From: Sphaeroforma arctica JP610 | Lineage: Eukaryota | Length of the DNA stretch: 34,198 nucleotides | Reading direction: 5' to 3' | Assembly: GCF_001186125.1 (NCBI RefSeq) | Contig: NW_014040265.1 | Coordinates: 36,164-70,361 of the forward strand | In this document: piece by piece, positions 11,040 through 24,900 of the stretch | How the letters are laid out: every line of letters starts with the position of its first letter | How positions within the stretch are numbered: the stretch's first letter is position 1 | Translations under genes and position numbers: made by a program | Notes under the pieces: model-generated | The model's database searches: none | What the model was told of the DNA's origin: nothing | Seen by the model: only the letters and a program-made list of their open reading frames with translations

Positions 11040-11800
11040 AGCAAGAGAGCTATCCTATGACCTGGAAAAATCCCCCTCACAATTCCCATCCTTAAAGTAC
11101 CTAAGCCTCCAGTTGCTGCAGAGTTCAGGCCGATCTCGCTCACACAGATCTTCAGATGGATTTTTGAAATAACAATTTTCCAACCTTTCACACTCACCCA
11201 GCCTTCAAATTTTGTAGATCCCAAGCCGGCTACATACTTAAATAATCTGCCACATGACATGCACTCACACTTCATGACCGTATATCCTACCATATCCGAA
11301 ACCGAGGCTCGTCAAAGCGCAACCATCTTGTTGTTCTGGACTTTAAACATGCTTACGATAGAGTTAATTACAAGCGATTGTTACATCTCCTACGGCTCAG
11401 AGGCGTCCCTATCCTAATCACCGTTATGTGCGCAAATCTTCTGGAGAATCAGAGCGCCAGGGTTTTATACCAAAGCAAGTTATGCGCGACGTTCTCCCGC
11501 CGTAGAGGTCTTCCACTAGGATCACCAATTATGCTCCTACTTTTCAATGTCTACATTGACCCACTGGCTTGGCAACTTGAGAAGTTCTGTGAAGATGCTT
11601 CTCTTCTCCTTGCCGACGATATATTTCTGTATCACCATGACACAAGCACACTCTAAATTCTGCTAAATTGCTGTCAAAGTTGGGCAGATGACTGAATTAA
11701 AGTGTGGCTTTATTCCCGGATATCAAGATGGACGTCCCTCTGATTTTGCTATTAGACCTATCCCGATAGTAGTCACATACAAATATAAAGAAATTCCATG
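11040..11800 (+). mobile_element. degenerate non-LTR retrotransposon (LINE) reverse transcriptase
   Basis: Across frames: P.TWK, PILK...EFRPISLTQIF (11121-), QAG, LLFLDFKHAYDRV, RGLPLGSPIMLLLFNVYIDPL, LLADDI, YKY. These are the canonical non-LTR RT motifs in order, with stops and frameshifts. Confidence 0.85.
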
Positions 11801-12387
11801 CCACACTCATGGAATTCTACGGAAGCTCTAAATAGCAAACTCAGCAAAGCAGCACAAATTGGCTGCTCTTTTGGATTCCACGCTGGCCCCCAACTACACC
11901 CATGTACCAAACCACTGCTATATAAGACATTTATGTAATCCAAGATCGTTTTGAGATTGAGTATCATCGAACTGCCACCCCGTGGAGCTCAGACTTCCAC
12001 AATCTAACCAGTTTGACATCTATACTTACCATAATGATGTGATCCTAAAGTGCGCAGCTACCATTTTTAACTGCAAAAATCTTCCACAAGAAATTCCATT
12101 CCACACTCATGGAATTCTACGGAAGCTCTAACTAGCAAACTCAGCAAAGCAGCACAAATTGCCTGCTCTTTTGGATTCCACGCTGGCCCCCAACTACACC
12201 CATGTACCAAACCACTGCTATATAAGACATTCATGTAATCCAAGATCGTTTTGAGATTGAGTATCATCGAACTGCCACCCCGTGGAGCTCAGACTTCCAC
12301 AATCTAACCAGTTTGACATCTATATTTATCATAATGATGTGATCCTAAAGTGCGCAGCTACCATTTTTAACTGCAAAAATCTTCCAC
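11788..12387. repeat. 300-bp direct tandem duplication (11788-12087 / 12088-12387)
   Basis: Exact 300-nt period with about six substitutions seen by eye. Confidence 0.95.
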
Positions 12388-15358
12388 CAGCCAACAAACC
12401 CTCTCTAAGTGTAAAACCCTACTTCGTTTTGTTTTAGGGGGTTTTTTTTGCTAAACCCTAAAAAACTATCGCGATATCTCAGTGGGACGACTTGGGGCCT
12501 TTTGTACCGCTCTTCGGCCCCAGACCATCCCCTCAAATCGGTATTTCTCCACCCAAATATTAGGCTACATATGGCATCGTACGCTCGGCTATCGTGCCTC
12601 GCCTTTCATGGCCCTACCAACAGAACGTATATCCAAATGGCTGTCAAAGCCAGCAAATGTTGAGAACAAAATCGCAACAGATTCCAGGCCAATACTGTCA
12701 CCTAACCGTACAGCACGAGCACACAAATGCTACTGCACGATAGGGATACTAAGAACTATGTGGATAACGTCTTCACGTCGCACCAAGCCCAAGTTGTTCT
12801 TGTCAAACTACTATGGTGCTTTAACACTTTCTGGTTCATGATGTCTACCAATGTGACCGGAACTCTTGGTGGTCTTCGGTGGCCGCAACACACTGATATC
12901 ACCGCCACGACATCACACTCCAATCGCTTAAAAGACTTCCTTCAAATACTGCTGGGTCCCACCCATCATGGTACAGACACCATAATTTCGTGGTTAGCTG
13001 ACAAAGACAAGTGGATACATTTGGCAGTAAACCACTCTCACCTTAAATACTTCTTCATACCGCGAAACCAACCCCTACCCAGCCCTATAGCAGCAAAAAA
13101 AACATATTACATTACCCATATTCATACGTCCTATACTAGAATACCTTCATATCACAAAGGTATTTCACTCTCAGCCTCATACCCATCCCACAATTATCCC
13201 AACAAACTCCCACACAATGCACCGACTTGGCTCTGCCTGGATCCCTAATGGTAGAATCCTGGCTATGGCGAGACTCTGTCAAAGACTCCTATTTATTGCT
13301 ATTGGACTTGCTGTAAAACCCCCGCAACTACAACATCCTAATGCTATACTCCTAGCAATCCTCCATGACCGCATCCTTCCACTGCCTTTCCAGGGTGGAC
13401 CGGCTACTTCTAGATCGCACACACTGTTCTTTGTTGCTATGGTCCCTAGCTGCCTCCTTCTTAGTTTTACTACAAAGTGGCACACACTCTACCCTATATT
13501 AATTGAAATAATCAACGCTATTGATCCTTTGTCCCATCGCATCGCTACTAAGCCAGTAGTGTGATTAGGCAAACGTCCATAACACTTAGTATGGAACAAG
13601 TTGCCGCTCCATGCCTCCAAATCTTTAGCTATCTCAACTAACTTTAATGTGTATTGTATGCTACCATGAATTGCTGCTCGAGATGTCCAAGAACGTAGTA
13701 GATTTTCAATTCACTCTCTATTGCAATAAATATGAACAAAAAAAATCAATGTCTTGTCAGTATATGATAAGGCGGTAAAAGCAAAGTTACATTTGCCAAA
13801 ACCTCATATATTTATGGCAAGTCAGTCCTAAGATATATGTACAGGTCGGTCATATGGGACCGTCTTGCACGTCAAGAGCACTTACTGTCAAGTCATGACA
13901 CTTGACACCAAGGGGCTGCAGTATTTTCTTATAGTCATCAACCTGGGTTACCGGGAAATCCATTGATCATTTCGGTTTCCCTCACTAGCAAATGAGATAA
14001 ATTATTCTAAATAACGAAATTACGTTAGGGATATTAATTTTCCTCGTGCCAACTGTTTACCCACAGTCACACACTAGAGGACTGTTAGCTTGATTTAAGC
14101 AAGACGTCCTTGAGGTTAAAAGCATTCGCTAAAATGGCGAAAAACGAGATATTCTTGAGATTTTAAAGCCAATAGGGTTTAAAGTTCATTTTCTTTTTAG
14201 ACAAATTTTAGCTTCAAATCAAATTAACTGAACATTAAGGCTCTATAGCTATATGCAGCTATAGTGCATAGAAGTAGGAAAATGGCTTAATAAAGAGTGG
14301 AACAATGACCCAAGAGGTCAGTTGTTTACAGTCCAGTTTAAACATACTTGTAAAAATTTATTAATTCTTTTACAGAGATACGATGGATTAAAATTAAAAT
14401 GACGATATTAGGATCGTTTTCAATTAACTATCCAATTAATAGTGATTCATTATACGTGCTAGGCGTCGTCACTTTTCTATGCCTTATTAATCAATAAATA
14501 TATTACTCTCAAACAAACAGTAAACCACGCTGATTCTTATTTTGTTCTGAATTATACTGTATTTGACTATAACAACTGTTACTATGGAATTCACTTCACG
14601 AAGGAGCACTACAACACTATTTGTGTGGATCCTTATAAACTTGAAGCTATGATTGATTTGTGCTAGGTTTACTGTTTCTTTCCAATTGATTGATACGTCT
14701 GTTATTTTCTCGTGCTTCTGATATTTTAGGTACAGATTGTTTTATTTCTACGAAGTTTCATCTCTGCGGCAATAGTCCGCGCTCAGACACTTGATCCACT
14801 TTCGGCCGACGTATTGTTTCATCGATGTTCATCATGCATTTGGCATTCTTATTCTGTCGTAAAGTCTTGTCTATGGTGTATGGTTTTATCGTGTCATTGC
14901 GGGATATTTTGGATCTGATTGACGTTTTAATAAAGTCACCCACTCCGATAATTTGATACGATATGTAGCCTGCTGATTCAAATTTCCGTTGCATATAATT
15001 TAATCCTGCACGCGAGTGATCGCTTGCTTTCAATCTAACAGAGAATCTTGGATCCAATTTTGAAATGTTTCATCTTTTCTGTTGCCGTTTCTTTTGTCTA
15101 TAGTTTTGCTCTTCTTATCCGACAGTGTCAAAACTGAAATATAACTATGTACTGATTTTTGGCAAGTAGAGTACCTGTGTAAACGCATCCCATTGCAATC
15201 CGTATCGCAATGAAGGTCTATTGTTTAAATACAGCGTTTACCTTATGTTCAGTTACTGTTAGTACTGTTCAGTAATATGAAGTATAATACCTGGAAGTTA
15301 TGCCACCTATCAAGAGTATGCTTGTATATCCTAGATCTCACATATTCTCTTACACCAT

Positions 15359-15433
15359 GCAGGTATTCTGACTGATCGATGATTTGGCACGCAGGTATTC
15401 TGACTGATCGATGATTTGGCACGCAGGTATTCT
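15359..15433. repeat. 32-bp tandem repeat x2.3
   Basis: GCAGGTATTCTGACTGATCGATGATTTGGCAC repeated. Confidence 0.9.
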
Positions 15434-15944
15434 TTATCTGTCAATAACATACCACGGTTCTCGCTCAAATTACCTCGTTATTGGACTAATCACCAAGTTT
15501 TACTCGGGCCTTGCCCTGAATTTTCATATAATGTTCGTCATATAATAATAATAAATCATCCATCGTAGATTTCCATATTGTTCATATAACTCCCCTCCTG
15601 ATTGAGCTTTTAGAATAGAAATCGATTCATACGCTTTTATTGTTATTTAGAGTGGCAGGAAGCCTAAAATATTCTGGGAGGATTCGATGATCAAACGCCA
15701 GAAAGGAATGGTATCTTCACATTGACAAACAACTTGATAGACAAAAATCTTCGAAACCCTGATATAGAAATTTAGTTGTCGTTTATGTATGGGTCGCTAT
15801 GACACGAGCAGACTGAGGCGTATTAGCCCATACCAAGAGGTACGACATTAATAGTAAAGAATATCTCAGTATAGACCTCTGAAGCAGATCTACGAATTAT
15901 GTATTTTATTAACACTTAAAAAAATATGAATTCCCGATTTTAAA

Positions 15945-18900
15945 TTATACAGGCTGTACTGCATTAAGTTTCGCAAATTCGCCACCCATTGCTACCAACT
16001 CGTCAAATTTGCCTTGCTCGACGATAACACCATCTGGAGTGGGGATAAGGGAATGAACGAACGTGAGATGTATTGTCAAACATAATTGGGAAATGTACAC
16101 TGTGGGTGTAATAGCACCTTTCCACGTGCTTTTTATATTATCTGGCAAAGCATAACACTGTTCAACATGCAAGGCATGATGCGTTTTGAGTACAGCTGTG
16201 AATCAGCATGAGATCGGGCAGTATTCACGCGAAATCAGAAACCAGGGGCAATTAAAATCAGAAACACACCACAAACATACAGACACGCGCTTCACCATCA
16301 CACAGATCTGAAAACAAAAAAATCAAACGAATGGCACGAGTATCATATATTCATCCAAGTTGGAAGCTGGCCAAGGTGTATTCGGACACACAAGCATAAA
16401 ATGTTTTGCACACCGTGACTAGCCTGCAACTGTCCCGAAGCCTTTTTTAAACTCCCAACCTCCCCCCAAAAAATCATAGCTGCGTCATTTTTACGCACAC
16501 ACGGGATAACACCTTCATACACCCAACTCTTATATCAAACGATGACATACTCTTGATTACAGCTATCTTATCGGCGTTCTTAATAGTGGTCAAGCGGTGA
16601 GCAACAATGATTGTGGTTCGTCTCTGAGCTGCCAACAACTTGTCCAGCGCATCCTGTACAACGCGTTCACTCTCCGCGTCCAGGGCCGAAGTCGCCTCAT
16701 CAAGCAGTAGAATACTAGACAAAAGTACACAGTTATGAGATTCAACAACTCTTGGCAGATATGTTTCTGTGTGAAAAGTGTGTTAAGAAACAAAAAAAAT
16801 ACGGACTAGAAATACAGTATATGCATTTTACGAGAGAAACCTGCTGATAAACCAACACTGTCAATTGAACCTGTACTCGTCGTGCTTAAACTTTGAAGAT
16901 TAAGAACTTGCCGGCCCTGTGCTGATAGTATCGGGATAGCAGGCGCGAGAACATACCGTGGGTTCTGAATGATGGCTCTAGCTATGGCCACACGCTGCTT
17001 CTGCCCACCCGACAACTGTGCACCCCTGTCACCCACTAACGTCTCGTACCCATCGGGGAAGTCCATGATGAAGTCTGAAGTGTATAGTGTAGTATGATTA
17101 ATTGGTCCATGATAAAGTCTGAAGTGTATAGTATAGTATGATTAATTGGGGTGTTGTGTTTGTATCGGCGCGTGGGTGATTCACTTAGAACGAGACTGGC
17201 ATGTTTTGCTTTAGGGTTTGGGGTTTGTTCTAATGAGAGCGTGTGCAGTGCCTTTGTGGACAAAGCCTGCACTGGTCAAAGATTGGCCTGTATTTGGCCT
17301 GCAACAGTATCTGAGTGATTCCAAATCATTTTACTATTATTAAGATGCGGTGTCAAGAAGCGATACAGAAAAAGGCCGAATCATATCAAGACCACTCACA
17401 ATGTGACAACAAACGACACAAACCGGGTACTTACTGTGTGCGTTCGCGGACTTGGCAGCATTTACAACCTCTTCAGAGGTGGCGCCTGGCTTGCCAGTAG
17501 CAATGTTAGACATGATTGTGCCACCAAACAGCACCGGTTCTTGGCCCACCAGCCCCACTTGAGAACGCAGCCAACTGGGTGAGGGACATGACAGGTGGGG
17601 TGAACAACCAATCAGCAGAGAATAATGTCAAGGAAAAGCTCGTATTTATCGCATACGCCGTGATACACAATGTGCATCTCTCATACACAGCATGAGAGAT
17701 GCACATTGTGAATGTTAATATCCGGTGAGTTCCAAGGTTTGAGCCTTAATACTATCGGCGGTGGTAGGGTATCTCCCCATCCAATCAGTGGGGAGTATGT
17801 TTGCCCACAAGTGATTGGCGGGAGGTGCAGTCGACAGAAGGCTATCGATAGTAAGTAAATATCTGGCTATTTCAGTGGGTGTTCGACAATACCCCGAACC
17901 CAAACCCAAGCCAAACCGACTATACTATTATCGCTGACAAAGTGGCTTGCTATACATACTTCACGTTGAGTTCTGTTAAATCCACTCCATCCAGGTACAC
18001 CTGTCCGGCGTTGGGGTCGTAGAAGCGCTCCACCAGAGAGATGATCGTCGATTTACCACTGCCTGCAAGTCGAAAGGGTAGAGACAAGGATGAATATATA
18101 CGTCTATAACTTCAGATAATCGAGCCTATGTGGCTTGGATGCCGAGTCGTAGGATGTCAAAGGATACCATGAGGAGAAAAGATTGACATCCGAACCAGTG
18201 CGCTACGGTACGGTGCATGATAGAAGACAAATAGTCTCTGTGCAAATTTAGTAGTATCTATCTACAGACGGCATCAAACGCACACACAGACGCACAGGCA
18301 CATTCACACACCCCACTTGACACACAGCACCTCTCTCTCACTCTCTCTCTAACACACACACACACATCCACGCTCACCTGATTCACCGACGAGTGCCACA
18401 GTCTGGCCCTCACCAATGTCCAAGTTGTAGCCCTTCAGAATACGTTGCAGTGGTCGTGAGGGGTATTTGAAGTGGACGTTCTTCACCTCAATGTGTCCCT
18501 GAGTCGCTTTCGGCTGTGCGCCTTCGAATGACGAGATGTCAATGTCGGGCACACGGTCGACGACCTGAGCATCGGAGATGTGAGTGAGTGTGTGGGTGTG
18601 TGAGTGTGTGTGGGTGCGTGTCTCTGTTGTGTGTGTGGGTGTGTGTATCTGTTGTGCGAGTGTAAGAGTGAGCTAGTGTGTGTATGTGTTTATCTGTAAA
18701 GGGCCCAGTGATAATAATAGTTTATAGATACATCAATAGATACTTATAATGTGTAATGTGCAGAATAGCATTTCTACCTAACAATCCAAAACTCAGCAGA
18801 AAGCGAAAAGGGGAAAATCTATCTATCAATCCAAAACTCAGAAAAGGGGAAAATCTATCTATCAATCCAAAACTCTGCAGAAAAGGGGAAAATCTATCTA

Positions 18901-21900
18901 TCAATCCAAAACTCTCAGAAAAGGGAAAAATCTATCTATCAATCCAAAACTCTCAGAAAAGGGGAAATCTATCTATCAATTCAAAAGGTTTTTAGTTTTA
19001 GCTGACCCACAGGGTATCTGTCCACACACACCACATCCGATCAAATCGCTGAGAGAGATTGCACATCGATCTTAGCGGCCATGCTTCTAAACCACTTGCC
19101 CTATAATGTACACACACACACACACACACTGACCTGTACACGTGTACACAACGCAATATCATGAATACTCTCCAGCTACTCACCATGAAGATCTTGCGCG
19201 CGGCATCGTTTGCGGCTGTGCTGTCGGTCATAAACGACGATGTCTGTGCCAAACCCATGGCAGCGAACATTATAGCCATCAGAGACTTTAGGCACTCGTC
19301 GAACGTGATCTCACCTTTACCTACTAAGGTGCCTCCGTACCTACACATTGAGTGTGTTCATTTTTATTGCTAGGCGTCAATGGTGTGGAATACTGGCAGG
19401 GAGGCTCGTACACTGTGACGGTTGTTCAATTAGTAATATGTAATTTTTAACTATGTTTGTTCAATTAGTTAATACTATGTAATTTTTAAGTATGTTTGTT
19501 CAATTAGTTAATACTATGTAATTTTTAACTATGTTTGCTCAATTAGTTAATACTATGTAACTTTTAACTATGTTTGTTCAATTAGTTAATACTATGTAAT
19601 GTTCAACTATGTTTGTTTAATTAGTTAATATTATGTGCCTCTCAGCAGCTTGTGACACTTCAAACGTCTGATTCCATTATTATTTATATATGTATAACAA
19701 CGTGCCATACATACTGTGTATATACGATATATAACGTAACATATCTAACCTAAAACCATACCAGAATACGAGCGCATAGCCACCGAACGAGATGAACTGG
19801 GTCATGCCCACAGAGAACCCACCAATCATGCCCTTCTTCACCGTTTCTTTGGTGTTGGTTTGCAGAGCCGTCTGCCAGCGGTGGAATAACGTTGGTGGAA
19901 TAACGTTGGTGTAAGTAACGTTGGCGAACTACAGTAGTGATAGGCGGTAGGTTGTAGGGAATGCAGATAGAGCTCACTACATTTGTATCTCGTAGACTGC
20001 CTGCTCCTCGCAGCAGGTAATACAGTACTGCTAAGGTCGTTCTGTATACCTACATCATCCGCTTATAAGTGTGCTAAGGTGCCTGGCCATAGAGTGTAGG
20101 TACGTGCGTGCTGCTGAGATTGTAATAAATCAGTCGAACCGACTGATAATAAGAGAGCGGCTATGCAGCCCATTTTTTCTTTCCAAACACTAAAGATGTT
20201 GTCTCGCTCAACTCGAATGAAATTTAAAAAACTAAAGTATAAACACACCGCATATATAAATATATATATATATGAGGTATATACATATATATATGTATAT
20301 ATACAGATAGACTTATATGAATATATGTGATAACATAATTTTGACGACGACGTTCAAGCTTGCCAGAACGGACTCTCCATCCCGATCTAAATATAGATAC
20401 CTGGTAATTGGCGGCAATGGGCCTTTGCAAACCAAACGCCTTCACAGTCCTGATGTTACCCACAGCCTCAGTGGCGAGTTTGCCTGACGCAGCCACCGAG
20501 TCATTGGCGTCTTTTGCACCCGCTTGGATGAATTTGATCTGAATGTTCCGATAATAAGACACGAATAAATTAGGACCAATCATGATTTAGAGACGGACAC
20601 CAGCCGCATAATTCTGTTCCGTTATATTGAGTACAAAATGTGTTGTATCGGGATTTAACTCGGTGGGAACTACTACAGTGTGTGTGTGAGTAAGAGAACG
20701 AAACCAGTACTACATAGGCATGAGAGTGCATGGGGTGAGACCAAGGAAGGTCTGCTAATGCCAAAGCTAGACTGTAAACAGTGAATATAAAGATACTAAT
20801 ACAAATAGAAAGATACTATAATACAAAGGTAGTAGACAGGTACTATAATACAAGTATAGTAGACTGTTAATATAATACAAGTATAGTAGACAGGTACTAT
20901 AATACAAGTATAGTAGACAGTCACTATAATACAAGTATAGTAGACAGTCACTATAATACAAGTATAGTAGACAGTTACTATAATACAAGTATAGTAGTAA
21001 TTACTATAATACAAGTATAGTAGAAAATTACTATAATACAAGCATAGAAGACAGTCACTATAATACAAGTATAGTTGACAGTTACTATAATACAAACACT
21101 TCGACACTTAGCAAGAGCGGGAACACAGCCAGCAGTACGGCACCACCAGGGTGACCACCGAACTACCCAGCACAGAGAGCCGATACGACCCAGGACTTAC
21201 CTATTACGTCAAGCGTCAACTACACCCCCGAGTACAATACACCACACAAATATCAGACATATCACCTATCTGAAACGGACAAGAACCCTGGTACTAACAC
21301 CGTACATCGCTCCAGTACACATACGCACACACAGCTTCTATACACACCACCACCTCACATCCATCCTCACCCACTCACCTGCAGGATACTGACACCCCCC
21401 CATATCCCCACACACTCACCTGCAGGATACTGACACCCCCCCATATCCCCACACACTCACCTGCAGGATACTGACACCCCCCCACATCCTCACCCACCCA
21501 CCTGCAAGGTACTGACACCCACCCACATCCTCACCCACCCACCTGCAAGGTACTGACACCCCCCCACATCCTCACCCACCCACCTGCAAGGTACTGACAC
21601 CCCGCCCATCCTCACACAGCCACCTGCAAGGTGCTGACACCCACCCACATGCTCACCCACCCACCTGCAAGGTACTGACACCCCCCCACACACCCACCTG
21701 CAAGGTACTGACACCCCCCCACACACCCACCTGCAAGGTACTGACACCCCCCACATCCTCACCCACTCACCTGCAAGGTACTGACACCCCGCCCATCCTC
21801 ACACAGCCACCTGCAGGGTACTTACAACCCCTCACATCCCCACACAGCCACCTACAGGGTACTAACACCCCCCCACACACCCACCTGCAAAGGTGCTGAC

Positions 21901-24900
21901 ACCCACCCACATGCTCACCCACCCACCTGCAAGGTACTGACACCCCCCCACATCCCCACACACCCACCTGCAAGGTACTGACACCGATCAACAGCGGGAA
22001 CAGGGCCAACAGCACCAGCGTCACCTTCCAACTACCCAACACAAAGGCAATGACCATAGCCGTCACGAGTGTAGACATATTCTGCACAATACGCCCCTGG
22101 TTTTGTCCGCTCACGTCCTTGACCAGTGTGGCGTCGGTGGCCAAACGGGCTGTTAGAGAACCCGTGTTGTTGCTCTCATCGTCGAAAAAGGCGATATCCT
22201 GTGTTTGTTTGTTTGTGTGTGTGTGGAGAGAGGGAAAAGTTAGTTTATGTGATGATTTGAATGTAGAGATATGAATGTAAGGTCAAGGCGATGCGATCAG
22301 AGAGTCGAACAAAGAATGGAACGATGCACGTGCGACGCTTGAAGTATATAAATAGGTAATGCCTTTTGATGTTGTTTCCGTTGTCGAAGCGTATCCGGTA
22401 TCCTCTTCAAAGTTGAACGAGCATATATATATATATATATATATATACATACATATATACATACATACATATACATACACACCCACCCACCCACCCACAC
22501 ACACATATATATATATATAACCCGACATCGCTGCGTGTTGGTATCAGTGGATAAAGGAAGCGGCCCGAGAAGCGGTATATGACAATGTGGGATATAGGAT
22601 AGACCACATGCAGGGACAAGTAAAGGACGAGTATCGTTTGATAATACGACAATATCCAATCAGTTAAGTCTCATCGCACGAACTCTCACACACACGTACA
22701 AGTGCCGAACCTCAAACACGCACCCCAGCTACCTCGAGGAATTGGCACACATTGAACGAATCAGCAACAAAAAATTTATCACAACCGACGATCCTATTTT
22801 CGAAATCGAATTGAAGCAGTACACACCGCAACAAAGCACACACTCGAGTGGTTGGATACACCTGGACGAATCAGACACGAGTATTTTAACCCACCTGGAC
22901 GAATCAGACACGAGTATTTTAACCCACCTGACGAATCAGACACGAGTATTTTAACCCATCTGACGAATTAGAAACGAATATTTTAACCCACCTGACGAAT
23001 CAGATTGGAGAACGTCATGACCCGCAGGCGCGTGACGAGCTTCTCACCGGCATACGAAAAGATGTACGTCTGGAAGAACATCAGCACACCCGCGACTATA
23101 GCCAGAATGACAAAGTCTAACGCGGCCGCACTCATCTGGTCGTAGAGCGTCTCCTTAGGGGCAGTACCCAGTACGTTGATGATGTTGGTTAGCATGACGC
23201 TCATGACTGGGAAGACGGCTCCATTCAGCTGCAGGGTGGTATGGGTAGTACGGGTCATTCAGGGTTTTAGGGTTTAGGGTTGGGTGTACATGAGAAAAAG
23301 GATGCGACGATAAGGGAACACCCCAAATTTAAAAGAGACAAGTGATTCAAGAGAGTGTATAGAGGTGTGGGATGGCGGGACTAAAAGTAGGAGGGTATCT
23401 GGTAGAGGGACGTGGATCGACACATTGCAACACTTCGAACCCACTGTGCGAGTTTTAGTATCTATGCAACCCGTCAGAGAAGACTTTCGCTCAGGAGATA
23501 GATATATACATGCAATCAACACCTCGTGTACCTATATATGACCTCGATATACACGACCACATACTCATGTAGGTGAACAGACGTATAAGTATAGATAGGA
23601 TATGCGCCCTTGATCAGTGTGCTTGTTTAAGTACGCCAAGAAAAAACAATATTTGGATTCTTAAATACTACCCCAGAATTTTGACGAAAAAACGCATGCA
23701 ACTTTATACTTCATCTATATATATACATATACATATATATAAAATGGTTGTTTACGAGTTTCATTTCTAGAATACAACAATCTGGAACCGAAATTCATAT
23801 CAGGTCAAAATGAATAAGAAACACTCGAAAGATTGCTGAATTCATTTACCTCCATACTTGTGTATAAATACATAGATACACACACACGCACACACACACA
23901 TACATATATACGTACATACATAAAAACATAAATATATATATATATACAAATAACAATATGATATACATACATAGTACACAGTAGATACAAAAGTACAAGA
24001 CACTATCCAGTCGAGCGCACATACCGCAGCCGCAAACATGCCCAGTATCATGAACATGCGCACTGGTTTATTGAGGCTCCAAATACGGCGAGTCAACTCC
24101 CAGCCCTGTGCGCCTTCGTCGACGGGTTGAGCCTCGGGATCCTCCTCTGTTAACCCCACATTAGAGTCCTCTTTAATGCCCATCGAACAGCCATCACAAT
24201 TAAGTTAGCGGGTACGTGCAATAAATAACCTCAAGAGTCTGTACTGACACTTTAATGACCATTGAAGCTTTAATTAAGTTAGCGTGTATGCACGATGGTC
24301 CCCCCACGGCCGTTTGTATGGAATATAGACATGCTTGCGGATGCGTGTGTGCGTATGTGGGTTGTATATACACTTGTGCATGTAAGGATCGTCATATAGG
24401 TCAGTCAGCAGCGGTTGGATTGTGAGTTTGGCTGATACACATGCGTGCGTACGCAATCGACTTAAACGCATCTGTACGTCTATCTTTAGTGACCATCTTT
24501 ATGGTAGACAGACGGATGATAGTAGAGCAGGGGACCAGCCCGTAGGCACATGTGTGATAGTGTGGGAAGAGTGGTAGTCACTATATCGCCGGTGTAAATA
24601 GAGGGATATGGTAGGTGACTTTTTGATAGATGTATGTCTGTTTTGTTTGGTCGTTGCGTACACCCATAGGGTATGAAATAGTATACGAGCGTACTCATGT
24701 TGACTTACATATACGTTAACACTCGAGCAAGCAACAAGCAGAGTGCATGAAAGCTCGTGTCCCCACACGAAGATCACAGAAAAGAATACACTGTTTGTAC
24801 AGTACACCAATCTCGTGGTGGTTGTCAAAATCTAGCGAGAACACAAAAACACACATGTATATATGCATATGCATATATATATATATATATATGTATGTAT

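Noticed and set aside
12727..13564. ORFs of 173 and 115 aa as independent genes
   Set aside because: No motifs were recognised. They lie in C/A-biased sequence downstream of a decayed LINE RT and are probably TE-derived.
14758..15057. 99-aa minus-strand ORF
   Set aside because: It has no recognisable domain or supported splice structure, so it cannot be called a gene.
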